Source: Octopus bimaculoides
Taxonomy: Eukaryota
Length of the DNA: 39,813 nt
Direction: 5' to 3'
Assembly: GCF_001194135.2 (NCBI RefSeq)
Contig: NC_068993.1
Span: forward strand, 64,056,031-64,095,843
Shown here: piece by piece, positions 1 to 13,720 of the stretch
How the letters are laid out: each line of letters begins with the position of its first letter
How positions within the stretch are numbered: position 1 is the first letter of the stretch
The notes under the pieces: model-generated
Database searches by the model: none
Told to the model about the DNA's origin: nothing
What the model saw: only the letters and a program-made list of their open reading frames with translations
Made by a program: the position numbers and the translations under genes

Positions 1-175
1 TATATATACATATATTTATATACACACATATACATATATATATGTGTGCGTGTATATATATATATATAAGTGTCAGTGTACGTGATATATATTTATATGC
101 ATGTATATATGTATGTATATATATGTGTGTGTGTGTTTGTATGTGTGGTTGTGTTTGTGTGTGCATGTGTGTGTA
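1..175. repeat. compound (TA)n/(TG)n microsatellite
   Basis: Direct reading: alternating TA, CA and TG runs. Confidence 0.95.
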
Positions 176-3100
176 ATTTGTATCACTCGTGTGGAATGCA
201 TTCCAAATAATAGAATTCATATAAATCTTCCACCATTGCAGCCACCAAATCCGATCTCGTTGTCCTCCCTTGTTGCCATAGCCTCGAATTCTGACGCTAT
301 TCTGACAGGATAAGTCTTCAGTTTCATTGATACCATCGTCAAATACACAGCAACCGCGAATATATAAAATTGTTTATATTCTAGACATTATAATAAGGGA
401 ATCATATCTTGTCTTAGATACTGTAAACTGTGAAACAGCTTCCTTTTCGTAAACCGATATTGGATTTAAGAGAAAGACAAGAGCAAGATTAGGCGGATTA
501 AAAGAAGTTCAACAAAAAGCTTGCTGTTCCTTGTGCCAGCAGAGAATAGAATAATATTTGGCCAGAAATAGATAGCATCTGAATGAGTTACAATATTCAG
601 AATGAAATTCATATTTACACCTCGAGCTAAGATTAGAAAGATAATATTAGAGGAAATAATATTTGAAATTTAGAAATCCAACATCCAACAGGAAACCATT
701 ATACTCTGAAATAGGACATTTTAGGATTTTCGGAAATATTAAATCATAAGAAAAATCCGATACAAAATTAATAGTCATTTTCTGGAAGCTTTTAAGGAAA
801 GGTTTGCACAATATTTCTTATATTTGTAAATAGATAAACACATAACTTTGAAGTGTGTTTGTAATTTCAATGACAAAATATTTTGGCCAAAAGTATTTCT
901 TCGTTGTGGCAAAAAAAAAAAAATTTAATTTTTCTCTCATTTGCGTGAATATTAACTATGCATTCATAATTTCAACTATGTGATTATTGCCATCAAGGAT
1001 ATTCTATTGATCACTGCTTGTCAATATTTAAGCAGCGGGAATTATTAAAACAAGTTATTTTAATAAATGCTTGTTCAAGACTGTAAAATAGGCATTTTGA
1101 TCGTTGTGAGTAAATAAGATTTTAATTCTCGATAAACATTAACTTTCGTCACCAATGTCCCTAACGATCTGAAAATGTTATGAACCCTAGAAAATATAAT
1201 TACCCTAACCTATAAAATGTGTGCATAACTGAAAATTGTTTTATAATCATTTAAGGAAAGCTATGTAACAGAGAACTTTCGGAATCCCAGTTCTAATGCT
1301 CTTGTACACGGAGTTAGTAGCCACAACGACTGTGGTTATTCTCTGTGCATCGGAAAATATTAACACAGCATCTGAAATGTTATGCAAGCTTTCAGTATTT
1401 AGGCGACATTTTGAAAAATCTAGCCTTTTGTACAAAGCAAGTGGGTTTTAGACAATGTTTCGTAAAGCAGTGAGAGTCGAGGTTTCTTTCTAAACCTATT
1501 TGTATTTGATGGGAGTATTAGTCGATCAATGAGCCTACAAGGAAACTTCTACGCAGTTGCTTGGCCTGTTGGAAATAGCAGAGAAAATGTCCTGAAATGA
1601 CACCCTACTCTCTTAAAAAAATAGGGCGTTTTAGTTTAAATAGTCCACTTCACGATGTAAAGACAAGATGGTAATGATGTGAGTAACTTTGAATTATAGG
1701 TCTATTGTAGGTGTCATGTTAAAGAAAGCCATCTAATGACCAATTTTCGTGTAATGAGTTGAATCTTTAACAGGCTGTTGCCTACACAAACTGCGACGCT
1801 TAACACCTGATGAGAATCAGAATTTCTGGACCTAATTTGTAAGACAGACCGAAAGGTGTTTTAAGACCCCAATTGAAGTCAAATTAGCGACACAGTTATT
1901 CTTATTGGGAGAGACATAAATGTTATAAGTTTTCCTCATCTTTCACCCCTCATAATATAACATCTTTTCTATCTAAAGAAGTGGCAGAAAGATATGCGGC
2001 ATCATGAGTAATAATTGATTATCTTCATGATGAGAACTTCAATTTCTTTGTTTTTGAATTTTGCTACTGTGCAACAAATATTCAGTACCAAAAACAACCA
2101 TTTAAATTTTGCAATTCTACTGGCTGCCACATACCTCTTACATAATATCTGCTTAGTCTTTGCGAAATTGGCCAAAAATTGCCCCCAAAATGAATTTTTT
2201 ATGAGAAATAATTTCGGAAATAAAAAAAGATAAACTAAAGATAATCAAATACGCCGCTCTTGTGTGTATATATTAACTCCAGTGTATTAGAGTTAATATA
2301 TTTCGCACCATTATTGGCTTTAGTGACCTTCTTTAGTTTCTCATTTGTTTTAAAATCAATTAATGGAAATCTTTCATAAAAAAAAACACAGGAAATAAAA
2401 AGAAATATACCACGTGGGCAATTACGAAGTCGCTATAGGCGCCGAATGTTCAGTTTGGGTGCATATTGTTCGGACTAAAATATAACAACACTTAATATAA
2501 AATAAATGTAAAGCTAACATTTAAAAAAGCCCACAAAATTATACGCAAAAAATTACTTGCAATTTCCTACATATAGATTTGAAGGATGCATAATGGATTT
2601 AATTAATTTTTAGATATTATGAATTTACAATGAATGAAATTTTAATTCTAGAAAAAATTAATTCCCTGTAGCATATTGTTTAAGATAAAGTTCATTTTGA
2701 GATTTAATTAGAAAGTATCGTTAGTGTATCCTCATATTGGTTAATGTTTTATAAATTTTTTTATTACACTTAGTATTTGATTTTCTTCATATGATTGCTG
2801 CAGTTAATTAATTGACTATCAAACTGAAAACGTTAAATTAGGAATGCGAAATAGATTTATTGCCTTTTTTTCTCTTTTTGCTTGCTCACAAATCACCGAC
2901 ATATATGTTCCTTCTACACCTAACACACCACTTACCAAAACCGAAGTACAAGTGTATCAAAAATTACACATCTCATATATACATATATTTGTGTATGTGT
3001 GCATATGATGACGGTTACTGATATCAAATTGTGCATATATCTACTTCTATAGTGAACGTACAAAGATAATGATTTCGACTGTTTGCTGAGGAAAGTAAAA

Positions 3101-3387
3101 AACAACAAGGAAAATATGGAAGAAATTACAAAAATTATGAATTTATGATAAACGTTGAGAAACAGTAAAGAGATTGATTGGAAATTAAGAAAGCAAGGCA
3201 GATGATGGGAAAAAGAACATTCGTGCATTAAGGTATCAATCTTTTTGTCTGATCAGTTACGTTAAATACTCTGCAAGATGTATACGCCTTGCAATATTTC
3301 ATACAAATGTGAACCAGGATATGCATGAACGCTCATACATTTATAATACATGTATACAATGCACATATATGAGGGTGGCTGAAACAC

Positions 3388-3638
3388 ATAAATAAATAAA
3401 TAAATAAATATGTATATATGTATGTATATATATATATATATATATATATNNNNNNNNNNNNNNNNNNNNNNNNNNNNNNNNNNNNNNNNNNNNNNNNNNN
3501 NNNNNNNNNNNNNNNNNNNNNNNNNNNNNNNNNNNNNNNNNNNNNNNNNNNNNNNNNNNNNNNNNNNNNNNNNNNNNNNNNNNNNNNNNNNNNNNNNNNN
3601 NNNNNNNNNNNNNNNNNNNNNNNNNNNNNNNNNNNNNN

Positions 3639-3690
<52 letters not shown>

Positions 3691-3722
3691 GTGTGTGTGT
3701 TTGTGCGTGTGTATATATATAT
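3388..3722. repeat. (TAAA)n-(TA)n / N-gap 3450-3638 / (GT)n
   Basis: Simple repeats flank a 189-N assembly gap. Confidence 0.95.
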
Positions 3723-4114
3723 GCACATATATATTCGCATGGAAAATACATCGGAAAATGAATCTGTAGCTCTGTTTTATTCAACTGGAAGCAGGCTTTA
3801 AGTTGATGTTTGTAGGCAACACGGGAGATTTTAAGTTGATGTCCGTAGTGAGCAGAAATTTACTGTTCCATTATTCTTTGGGAATTAACCTTCTACTGCA
3901 ATATTGAAAATCTATAAAAGATGTATCCAAGAACATTCTGGTTTACATCTTATTCAGTAATCGCTGACTTCTAATGACCATCGTCTTGTGAAAGGCAGTT
4001 GTGTGTTGATGATTTGTACGTAACAATGAAACTGGTTCGATCAACAACCGATCCTACAGATTGCTCCCGACGAAGTCTATTCAAATTTGAACTCAAACAC
4101 CGTTCATCAAGTAT

Positions 4115-4225
4115 GGCTATAAGAGAAATACAAGTTAACCTCGGTGGAATTTGACCTTAGAATATAGGGGAGCCAGAATGCTCGACATGTCCGACTTGCC
4201 AACGCTTCTGTCTGCTCACTGCTTT
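4115..4225 (+). mobile_element. degenerate SINE 3' region fragment
   Basis: gttaacctcggtggaatttgaccttagaat matches the motif gtcgacctcggcggaatttgaac at 14716-14738 and similar sequence at 6705-6737 and 6895-6931 in this window. Confidence 0.5.
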
Positions 4226-5335
4226 CTAGTGGTAGGATAATAAAGCGATGGATTAAATGCCTTGCAGTACTTCTTAGTCTCCCATTCATTTTAAGCATAT
4301 TAATCTCCTGGCACTTGAATATTCTTGACAAAATGATGTCGAGATGAATTAAATTTGCACAGCCTTATGGCATTTTGCCTCCAGCCGGTGTCTTTCAGGT
4401 CAAATATGCATCGGGCTGACTTCAAATTCCTTCTTATCGTATTAGATTAAATAAGAGGAATATAGATGGGGTTCCGTTTAACTGGCTCTAATGACCCCAT
4501 TAACAAAACTTTATTTTGTTACAAATTAAACGAAATCCATATATTTCTCTCTCGGAGAAAATACCATGGCATTTCGTCCTATCAGTTGATACTAATATTT
4601 CTTTGTATATGTATGGAATTTCATTATAAGAAATGAGGCCCTTTCACATTCAGTGGGGAAAAGGAAGATGAGGCGTGCAACTGTTTTCCATAATAAATAC
4701 AAAAAAAAAATAAAGGTGAGTTGGAATGGATTTTATCGAAAACTTAAACCCAAGTTGTACACTTGTCTAATGAAGACCTTATATTTTCCTTTATGGAGCT
4801 CCATAGCTTAAGAAAATTCTATATATTCCCATATAAGTTGAAAATATGAGGGTTTCATTTTTGCTCTCACAGATCTTATAAATCACTTATTGTGAAAAAT
4901 AAATTAATAATTTGTCAAAATTGAATATGCGTCAGCTTAACTATTTTGAATATATGAAAGGTTCAGAATAATTTTGATAATATGTTAGCTGATGTAATTC
5001 ACTCATCTCATTATTATTTGAAGCTTTACCTGTTCCACATGTTCTTATACACTAGCAACATATCTCGTATGCTCGATGAATACTAAATAGTATATCTCTA
5101 TTGAAAATCTTCCAATTCCAACAAGCAGTGGCGGTGGTCAGAGGGTGAGATTTACAAATAATTCTTTTGGTTTGGTATTTTTCAGTTTGTAAAACCAAAT
5201 CAAATCAAGGTAGCTGCATGAATAGAAATTCATTCACTGTCTAAATCTCTTAGCTACATCTCACAGAATACATACATACATTCAGACACACAAAGGTAGT
5301 CAGAAATGTTTAACTCATTGAGACTGATAGAAATT

Positions 5336-6110
5336 TATATATATATATATATATATATNNNNNNNNNNNNNNNNNNNNNNNNNNNNNNNNNNNNNNNNNN
5401 NNNNNNNNNNNNNNNNNNNNNNNNNNNNNNNNNNNNNNNNNNNNNNNNNNNNNNNNNNNNNNNNNNNNNNNNNNNNNNNNNNNNNNNNNNNNNNNNNNNN
5501 NNNNNNNNNNNNNNNNNNNNNNNNNNNNNNNNNNNNNNNNNNNNNNNNNNNNNNNNNNNNNNNNNNNNNNNNNNNNNNNNNNNNNNNNNNNNNNNNNNNN
5601 NNNNNNNNNNNNNNNNNNNNNNNNNNNNNNNNNNNNNNNNNNNNNNNNNNNNNNNNNNNNNNNNNNNNNNNNNNNNNNNNNNNNNNNNNNNNNNNNNNNN
5701 NNNNNNNNNNNNNNNNNNNNNNNNNNNNNNNNNNNNNNNNNNNNNNNNNNNNNNNNNNNNNNNNNNNNNNNNNNNNNNNNNNNNNNNNNNNNNNNNNNNN
5801 NNNNNNNNNNNNNNNNNNNNNNNNNNNNNNNNNNNNNNNNNNNNNNNNNNNNNNNNNNNNNNNNNNNNNNNNNNNNNNNNNNNNNNNNNNNNNNNNNNNN
5901 NNNNNNNNNNNNNNNNNNNNNNNNNNNNNNNNNNNNNNNNNNNNNNNNNNNNNNNNNNNNNNNNNNNNNNNNNNNNNNNNNNNNNNNNNNNNNNNNNNNN
6001 NNNNNNNNNNNNNNNNNNNNNNNNNNNNNNNNNNNNNNNNNNNNNNNNNNNNNNNNNNNNNNNNNNNNNNNNNNNNNNNNNNNNNNATATATATATATAT
6101 ATATATATAA
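5336..6110. repeat. (TA)n flanking N-gap 5359-6086
   Basis: Direct reading. Confidence 0.95.
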
Positions 6111-6679
6111 ACGCACACAATATCCCTCTCACCCAAGTACGCATAAACACAGACCCACATACTCACTCCTTCACACACACCGGACATAAATATTGATAGA
6201 TATATTGACATCCAAATGAGTAGAAAGACAGGAATAGGAAGACGGTTAAATATTGATGCCATGAAATCTTAATAAAACTTGTATCCTTAGAGTTGACACC
6301 AATCATTATCAAAATTATTAATTCTAGAACAAAAGCGAGGAATACAACCCTAGAAATTTGATTAATTAAAAGGAGCTAAATTAGCGACATTGCAGTGGAA
6401 TAAGTTTGGTCTCTTTAGCAATGTGGTAATAATTCCAGACATGTTTAATTCTTCTTGGGCCAACAAGCTAAAATATAACTGGAGTTGACTCTATACTCCT
6501 AAATATTAGACTTATTCTTACAACTACATTCCATATTCAATTAATTTAATGAAATATTTTTCAAGTTGGCTACCAGAATCGGCAGTTTTGATAACAGTTT
6601 TTAATTTCAGCAATACTTATCGGTGGATTGAATTATCTGACACCATTGACATCAGTATTAATGTACTTAATTTAATCGA

Positions 6680-6931
6680 CAGAGAGGAATGAAGACCTAC
6701 ATTAAACTTAGCGAGATTTGAACTTAGAATGTAAAGATCCGGAATAGATACCTGAAAACTTTCCGACGCTGCAACAACCAACCAATTCACAGCCCTATGC
6801 TCATTGTAATAGGGAACAGTCTACTATTATCACAAGTCTCGAGATTTTACAGTCAATTATATCTATTCTAGTGCCCAGTTTGTACTTATTTTATCGACCT
6901 ACAAAGGATGAAAGGCAAAGTCAGCCTAGGT
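6680..6931 (+). mobile_element. two degenerate SINE tail fragments
   Basis: gaggaatgaagacc...aacttagcgagatttgaacttagaatgtaaaga and tacttattttatcgacctacaaaggatgaaaggcaaagtcagcct. Same motif family as 4115-4225 and 14716-14760; from memory it resembles RTE-type SINE tails (not searched). Confidence 0.55.
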
Positions 6932-7390
6932 CCGTTGTAATAATAAATATTTTCACCATTTAGTTTCAATTTCTATGAAAAATCTTTGGTTTACTGCATA
7001 AAGTGATAACGTGCGTGTTATTATTTAATTTGTATTTTACAGGCATTGATGAGTATGTACTCAATATCTATGTTCTTACGTATTTATGTATATTTTTGTA
7101 TATAAATGCTTGCACGTGCGTGTGTCTGTGTAAATGTGTGCGTGCGTGCGTGTATGCGTGTGTGTCTGTGAGCGTAAATGCGTGCGCGCACACAACGTGT
7201 GTGTGTAAAACACGCGCAGTTAGATAAATGCAGATGGAAAGAGAGAATTTCACCCAAAGAAGAATATATGAAATGAATGATACCTAATTAAATGCAGTAA
7301 AACAGAGACTGAAAGAATGTGTGTATATGTGTGAGTATGTATAAAATCATTGTGAATGCAGAATAATTTCACAGCGAAGATGAAAAATTG

Positions 7391-7391
7391 C

Positions 7392-7452
<61 letters not shown>
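7391..7452. repeat. (CATA)n(TA)n microsatellite
   Basis: Direct reading. Confidence 0.95.
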
Positions 7453-7456
<4 letters not shown>

Positions 7457-8375
7457 CGCACACATCGGAAAACATAAGACAAAGAAAGAAAAGAAACAAG
7501 GAGAAAGAAAATAAGAGAATGAGACAGAAGAAGAGAAGGAATAAAAGTACAGGAAATTTGAAAGGAAAATGAGTTTGTAAGTCACGAAAATGCAGCGTGG
7601 ATGATTTGTGTGATCTTCAAATCTAATCTAATTTATAATTAGCTTCTGTGACCGTTTAGTAAATGTGAGCATCTAGGAGAAATCCTTAAAACAAGGACTC
7701 AGCGTTATTTTGTTTAATCCGACTAAATAATCAATGTCGAGTTAGACTTTATGATACTTTCATCTAACATTCAGCTTCTACCGCTGATATACAACCGTTT
7801 TATGGATGATTTTATGAAAAATTCAAGCGGTACACAATACAGATAACGTGGTGAAATCTCGTTAGCACAAAGGAACAGATATAGATGCACACGAACGTAC
7901 ATACATGCATCTACACACAACATACCCACACACATACACACACACACAAGTATATGACAAAGTATATAGACACAGTTATATTTTTGTTCCTTGCAGCGGT
8001 GTAAACTTCGCGGTGGTACCTTCGGCCCGATGACTAGCTATGCCGAGAAGAATTTATTGCGTAAAACTTACATAATAAACTACAGTTAGATAAAAAAAAC
8101 ACACCATATGTAGCCTATATTGTACATATTGCACTCCTTCAATACGTTGGATTGTTATTCGCCGTTTTCGTAGCATTAGTACCTATGAGTTATATGGAAA
8201 CAATCAGCTTCCTGAACTTTCTCATAACTTCTAGATACGAGAAATTAACTTACGATTTTAATAAAATTTACTTTATAGTATACTGATAACGTTTTATTCT
8301 CTATATTAGCCGCGTCTTGCTTCAAGATAACTAAACTTGCCACATTCAGATCACTAGATCATATTCACCTATTGA

Positions 8376-8376
<1 letters not shown>

Positions 8377-8437
<61 letters not shown>

Positions 8438-9234
8438 NNNNNNNNNNNNNNNNNNNNNNNNNNNNNNNNNNNNNNNNNNNNNNNNNNNNNNNNNNNNNNN
8501 NNNNNNNNNNNNNNNNNNNNNNNNNNNNNNNNNNNNNNNNNNNNNNNNNNNNNNNNNNNNNNNNNNNNNNNNNNNNNNNNNNNNNNNNNNNNNNNNNNNN
8601 NNNNNNNNNNNNNNNNNNNNNNNNNNNNNNNNNNNNNNNNNNNNNNNNNNNNNNNNNNNNNNNNNNNNNNNNNNNNNNNNNNNNNNNNNNNNNNNNNNNN
8701 NNNNNNNNNNNNNNNNNNNNNNNNNNNNNNNNNNNNNNNNNNNNNNNNNNNNNNNNNNNNNNNNNNNNNNNNNNNNNNNNNNNNNNNNNNNNNNNNNNNN
8801 NNNNNNNNNNNNNNNNNNNNNNNNNNNNNNNNNNNNNNNNNNNNNNNNNNNNNNNNNNNNNNNNNNNNNNNNNNNNNNNNNNNNNNNNNNNNNNNNNNNN
8901 NNNNNNNNNNNNNNNNNNNNNNNNNNNNNNNNNNNNNNNNNNNNNNNNNNNNNNNNNNNNNNNNNNNNNNNNNNNNNNNNNNNNNNNNNNNNNNNNNNNN
9001 NNNNNNNNNNNNNNNNNNNNNNNNNNNNNNNNNNNNNNNNNNNNNNNNNNNNNNNNNNNNNNNNNNNNNNNNNNNNNNNNNNNNNNNNNNNNNNNNNNNN
9101 NNNNNNNNNNNNNNNNNNNNNNNNNNNNNNNNNNNNNNNNNNNNNNNNNNNNNNNNNNNNNNNNNNNNNNNNNNNNNNNNNNNNNNNNNNNNNNNNNNNN
9201 NNNNNNNNNNNNNNNNNNNNNNNNNNNNNNNNNN

Positions 9235-9266
<32 letters not shown>
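8377..9266. repeat. (TA)n flanking N-gap 8438-9234
   Basis: Direct reading. Confidence 0.95.
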
Positions 9267-9271
<5 letters not shown>

Positions 9272-10224
9272 TTCTGTCTATTTATCTATCTATATGTATA
9301 CGAATATTGGTAATTTGTTTTCGATTTCAAAACTGCTTTCCTGCTGTAATTGAGACCGGAAATTGTAAAGAAAAGAATGATTTCGAAGATGGCAACAGGA
9401 AGTACATGTCATAGTGAATAATGTTTCGCCTTGCAAAGTATTGTTTAGTTGAGAACCACGACATAATATCACATTTTCATAAAATTAAAATTGAATGTTT
9501 TTATGTATTGTGTATATACAAGTGTTGATCATGTTTCTGAATTTAATCCTATTGAGCTTCTTGTATAATATAGAAGTAAGATAATTAAAAACAACTTTGT
9601 ATCCCCCTGCGACAATTCCTTAAGATGTGTAAATCACTTGCAAGAAATGGTAATTAAATATCTTTATGTTATCAAATTAATCATGTTGCTGTATATCTGG
9701 TATTATCTCGTTATGTTCTAACTTCTTATATTTGATTTCAGTTTCGTCTTTCATTCTTCAAGGATAGTTAGCATACAATTAAATACTGAATTGTATAAAT
9801 GCAATTAATTAATTAACTTACAGGAGTGTTGGATAAAACATCTTATGATACTACAGTCGTCTGCGTTCCGATAAATAAAGTACAATCCAGGGTGTTGGAT
9901 TGGCGAAATCGTTCAAACGTCAGACATCGAATTACAATGATTAAGAGATTCACATACATACAGAATTTCACGTTAACTAAATTTTGTAACCTCTTCAACG
10001 AATAATAAAAGTTGAAAAATTACGATTCTAATGCATATATATATATATATATATGCGTATGTATGTATATAACGTTTTTATTAGGGCTGAAACCAAGGGT
10101 TTGTCACACAAGTGGAGTCGCCCGACATTGCGAAATCATGATCTTCTGGTAAAACAGGAAGAATGCAGTGGCGCCACGCTCGTGTCGCTAGTAATCCTTT
10201 TCCCATTCATTCGATATTGTGTGT

Positions 10225-10337
10225 ATGTGCGTGCACGTGTTGTGGTGTGTGTGTCTTTGTGTGTGTGTGTGTGTGGTGTGTGTGTGTGTGTGTATGTATG
10301 TGTGTGTGTATGTGTGTGTGTGTGTGTTTGTGTGTGT
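10225..10337. repeat. interrupted (GT)n microsatellite
   Basis: Direct reading. Confidence 0.9.
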
Positions 10338-11081
10338 GCTGAAATGTTAATGTTAAGTTTCACACGGGCAATGATGTCCAATATATACAAAAGCGTTAGA
10401 ATTTATATTGTACATACTTTGGTGGAATCCGTTTGGAAGGCTGTGTTTCCGCTACTGTCTGCAAAGTTTATTCTAGGTTTTTGCCCTTCCAGTCCAAATT
10501 TCCTCACATATTTTGGAGCGCAAACAGCCAGATAGAATAATACTCAGTTTTTTTTTCTACGACGTTCTAATGATTCGGTCAATCACTATAATAGATTTAA
10601 AATTGAGAATTTTAATACTACATTCCATTTTGGACACTTTCAATGAATCAAAAGAAACCAATAGCAGAGAATTAGTGCCATGGAGCCCACTAACGCATAA
10701 TGTTTTCAAATGCAAGTCGTATAGGTTTCACTTCATTTATAAATGAAAAGAAATATTTATGTAAATTCAATAGTCAACGACGACAAACTCTGTGCGGCCT
10801 CTCAGTAACCAAATATCATTCAAACTGCATCATACTTTCTAATTAGAAATTAATTACAAAATTAGAATTAAATACAAATATTTCCGAAAAAGATGGGATA
10901 GTCACAGCTGCTAAATATTTGATCAGATGTCTCCAAGATTAAAAATGAGGCGTGTTTAAGCAGCAGCAACAAAGCCTACAATTTCGTAGAATATATCCCA
11001 CCCATTAGAAAATATAAATGTCCTTTGGGAGGCGTACAGGATATTGAGATTTTTAGAAAAAAAATGCTCTTGAGACAGACT

Positions 11082-11900
11082 TCAGCATAAAGGAATGCAT
11101 GTATTTAAAATGTCATTCACTTTTGAATGGTAACAAAAGCTCGCTGCATCAAGGAAAAGAGTAATTGTTATGCGTTGGAATTTATGATTATTCCAGGATA
11201 TTAGTCGAATATGATATACAGATGAAACTATCGTGTCGTGAACTAAGCGTTGGGAATACGTCATGGCTTTGATTCCTTCCCACCAGGCGTTTAATATTTC
11301 ATTGAACAGAGCTAGTCAAGAGCTGGGAATATTTGTTTCTTTAACTTGAGGATGCAGAATTAGGAAGTTTTTAATGTTCATACATTTCCCAAAGGAATTA
11401 GATGTACATGAAAAAAGTGAATCCAGTTGAAATTTAAAAGACGCATAGTACTTTTCATCCATTAACTATATCGTGTGCGATGGCACTAATTACTTAATGT
11501 GGGCGGTTTCAAATATTTTCATTTTGACATATAAGAATGCCAAAACACATTGGCATCTTCAAAAGAGCGATTTCTATATTTTTACCTGAAGTAGCGTCAT
11601 AAATCACAGTACATCTAATTGCACGTTCCTCTGTAAATAGCTCTGATGTTAGTCACTGTCTAGAATCTCTCATTTTAGTAAAAACGAATTTATTGTCTTA
11701 TAATTTATTCAGACTTGTTATTTTCAAAGTAAATTTCAAAGATGTCAGAGATAAGATCATTTTCCGGTGGATGTGTCTCCGGTTTGAGACGCTTTTACTA
11801 CCGGTGACACTGGGCACAAACCAAATAAATTTTTTTCTGCATGTTGCTACATTAAACAAGCGTACGTAAATGGTTTTGCAAATTTGAAACAAAATTTCAA
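11082..11900 (-). pseudogene. possible highly decayed L1/Tx1-type LINE ORF2 (post-RT region)
   Basis: Manual translation. Frame 11465->11085 runs 127 codons with one stop (11318-11316) and contains LALFNEILNAWWE...ISWNNHKF, resembling the FYxxILxAW...WxN motif of Tx1/L1 ORF2. An upstream frame with many stops gives PPENDLISDIFEIYFENNKSE*IIRQ...VTNIRAI. Similarity judged by eye. Confidence 0.35.
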
Positions 11901-12440
11901 GGTAATGGACATGTGACTCAAAAGCAGAGTCTAAGTCCCCTACCTTGCATGAGTTGAAGTCCCTTACGACAGATACAGTCGGATTATTGTTTTCCTGCTA
12001 ACAGCTATTGCAGCAGGAACACGTGTCTATTCTGATTTAGCTCTTTGGGACACTAGAGTTGAATCTGGGATAAATAAAGATGGAACTGAATGTGTGCGTG
12101 TTTACTTTGGGTACTCGGTGGATATTTCAGTTTCATAACTATGCATTTTCCCCAGTGATCTTACTAACGAGTAACAGATGGCTAATTGATCAATTGATTA
12201 ATTGATTTATTTGGTCATTAATAACGAAATATCATGAGTATAAGGTTTACTGAATCTTTAGTCATGCAACGTGCCTTAATTTCTTTCGTGGTTTGGGTTG
12301 TGACTTCCCTTTCCAGCATGTAAGAAGTCCTATTGATGGTCTTCTCTTCGTGTATTTATACGCTCTTATAAACAAAATATTTTACGTCTAATGACTTTTA
12401 TTATACATGCGGAAAATTGGTAATTTTTACCCTTATATTA

Positions 12441-12459
12441 ATCTATCTATCTATCTATA

Positions 12460-12514
<55 letters not shown>

Positions 12515-12515
12515 A

Positions 12516-12548
<33 letters not shown>

Positions 12549-13395
12549 NNNNNNNNNNNNNNNNNNNNNNNNNNNNNNNNNNNNNNNNNNNNNNNNNNNN
12601 NNNNNNNNNNNNNNNNNNNNNNNNNNNNNNNNNNNNNNNNNNNNNNNNNNNNNNNNNNNNNNNNNNNNNNNNNNNNNNNNNNNNNNNNNNNNNNNNNNNN
12701 NNNNNNNNNNNNNNNNNNNNNNNNNNNNNNNNNNNNNNNNNNNNNNNNNNNNNNNNNNNNNNNNNNNNNNNNNNNNNNNNNNNNNNNNNNNNNNNNNNNN
12801 NNNNNNNNNNNNNNNNNNNNNNNNNNNNNNNNNNNNNNNNNNNNNNNNNNNNNNNNNNNNNNNNNNNNNNNNNNNNNNNNNNNNNNNNNNNNNNNNNNNN
12901 NNNNNNNNNNNNNNNNNNNNNNNNNNNNNNNNNNNNNNNNNNNNNNNNNNNNNNNNNNNNNNNNNNNNNNNNNNNNNNNNNNNNNNNNNNNNNNNNNNNN
13001 NNNNNNNNNNNNNNNNNNNNNNNNNNNNNNNNNNNNNNNNNNNNNNNNNNNNNNNNNNNNNNNNNNNNNNNNNNNNNNNNNNNNNNNNNNNNNNNNNNNN
13101 NNNNNNNNNNNNNNNNNNNNNNNNNNNNNNNNNNNNNNNNNNNNNNNNNNNNNNNNNNNNNNNNNNNNNNNNNNNNNNNNNNNNNNNNNNNNNNNNNNNN
13201 NNNNNNNNNNNNNNNNNNNNNNNNNNNNNNNNNNNNNNNNNNNNNNNNNNNNNNNNNNNNNNNNNNNNNNNNNNNNNNNNNNNNNNNNNNNNNNNNNNNN
13301 NNNNNNNNNNNNNNNNNNNNNNNNNNNNNNNNNNNNNNNNNNNNNNNNNNNNNNNNNNNNNNNNNNNNNNNNNNNNNNNNNNNNNNNNNNNNNNN
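12441..13395. repeat. (ATCT)n(TA)n followed by N-gap 12549-13395
   Basis: Direct reading. Confidence 0.95.
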
Positions 13396-13720
13396 TTTCT
13401 AATTTCTATTCTTTTTTTTAATTTCTGTTTTGTTAAGTTTATAACGAATTTTGTTTCAAAACAACAGAACTGAAAATAAATTCTGACAATAGTAATGTAG
13501 AAACAGTTTCAGCAACAAATAAGAAAAAAAGTAATATTTTCTATATATACGATCTACAATGATATTTATATATATTAAGTTTTGTTTTATTGTTTACAGT
13601 ATTAAAAGGCTGAGACTCAGAAACCTGCACTGAAAACACACACACAAAAAAAAAAAAAAAGACTGGTGATAACGTGACTAATTTTTCCGTGTGTAGAATT
13701 GTTGACTTATGAAAGAAGGA

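Noticed and set aside
1247-1594. ORF LDFSKCRLNTESLHNISDAV resembling a leucine-rich repeat, with an upstream tttcag acceptor at 1592
   Set aside because: In-frame stops lie between the acceptor and the ORF (e.g. TAA at 1450-1448), there is no donor, and only one weak LRR-like match.
1802-1860. CTGATGA...CGAAA flanked by aacacc/ggtgtt, hammerhead-like
   Set aside because: No stem III or NUH cleavage site, and the stem II region does not pair.
4654-4721. Perfect AAG|GTGAGT donor with an upstream cag acceptor
   Set aside because: The 62-nt exon contains an A10 run, and its only open frame is low-complexity Lys-rich; likely a chance match.
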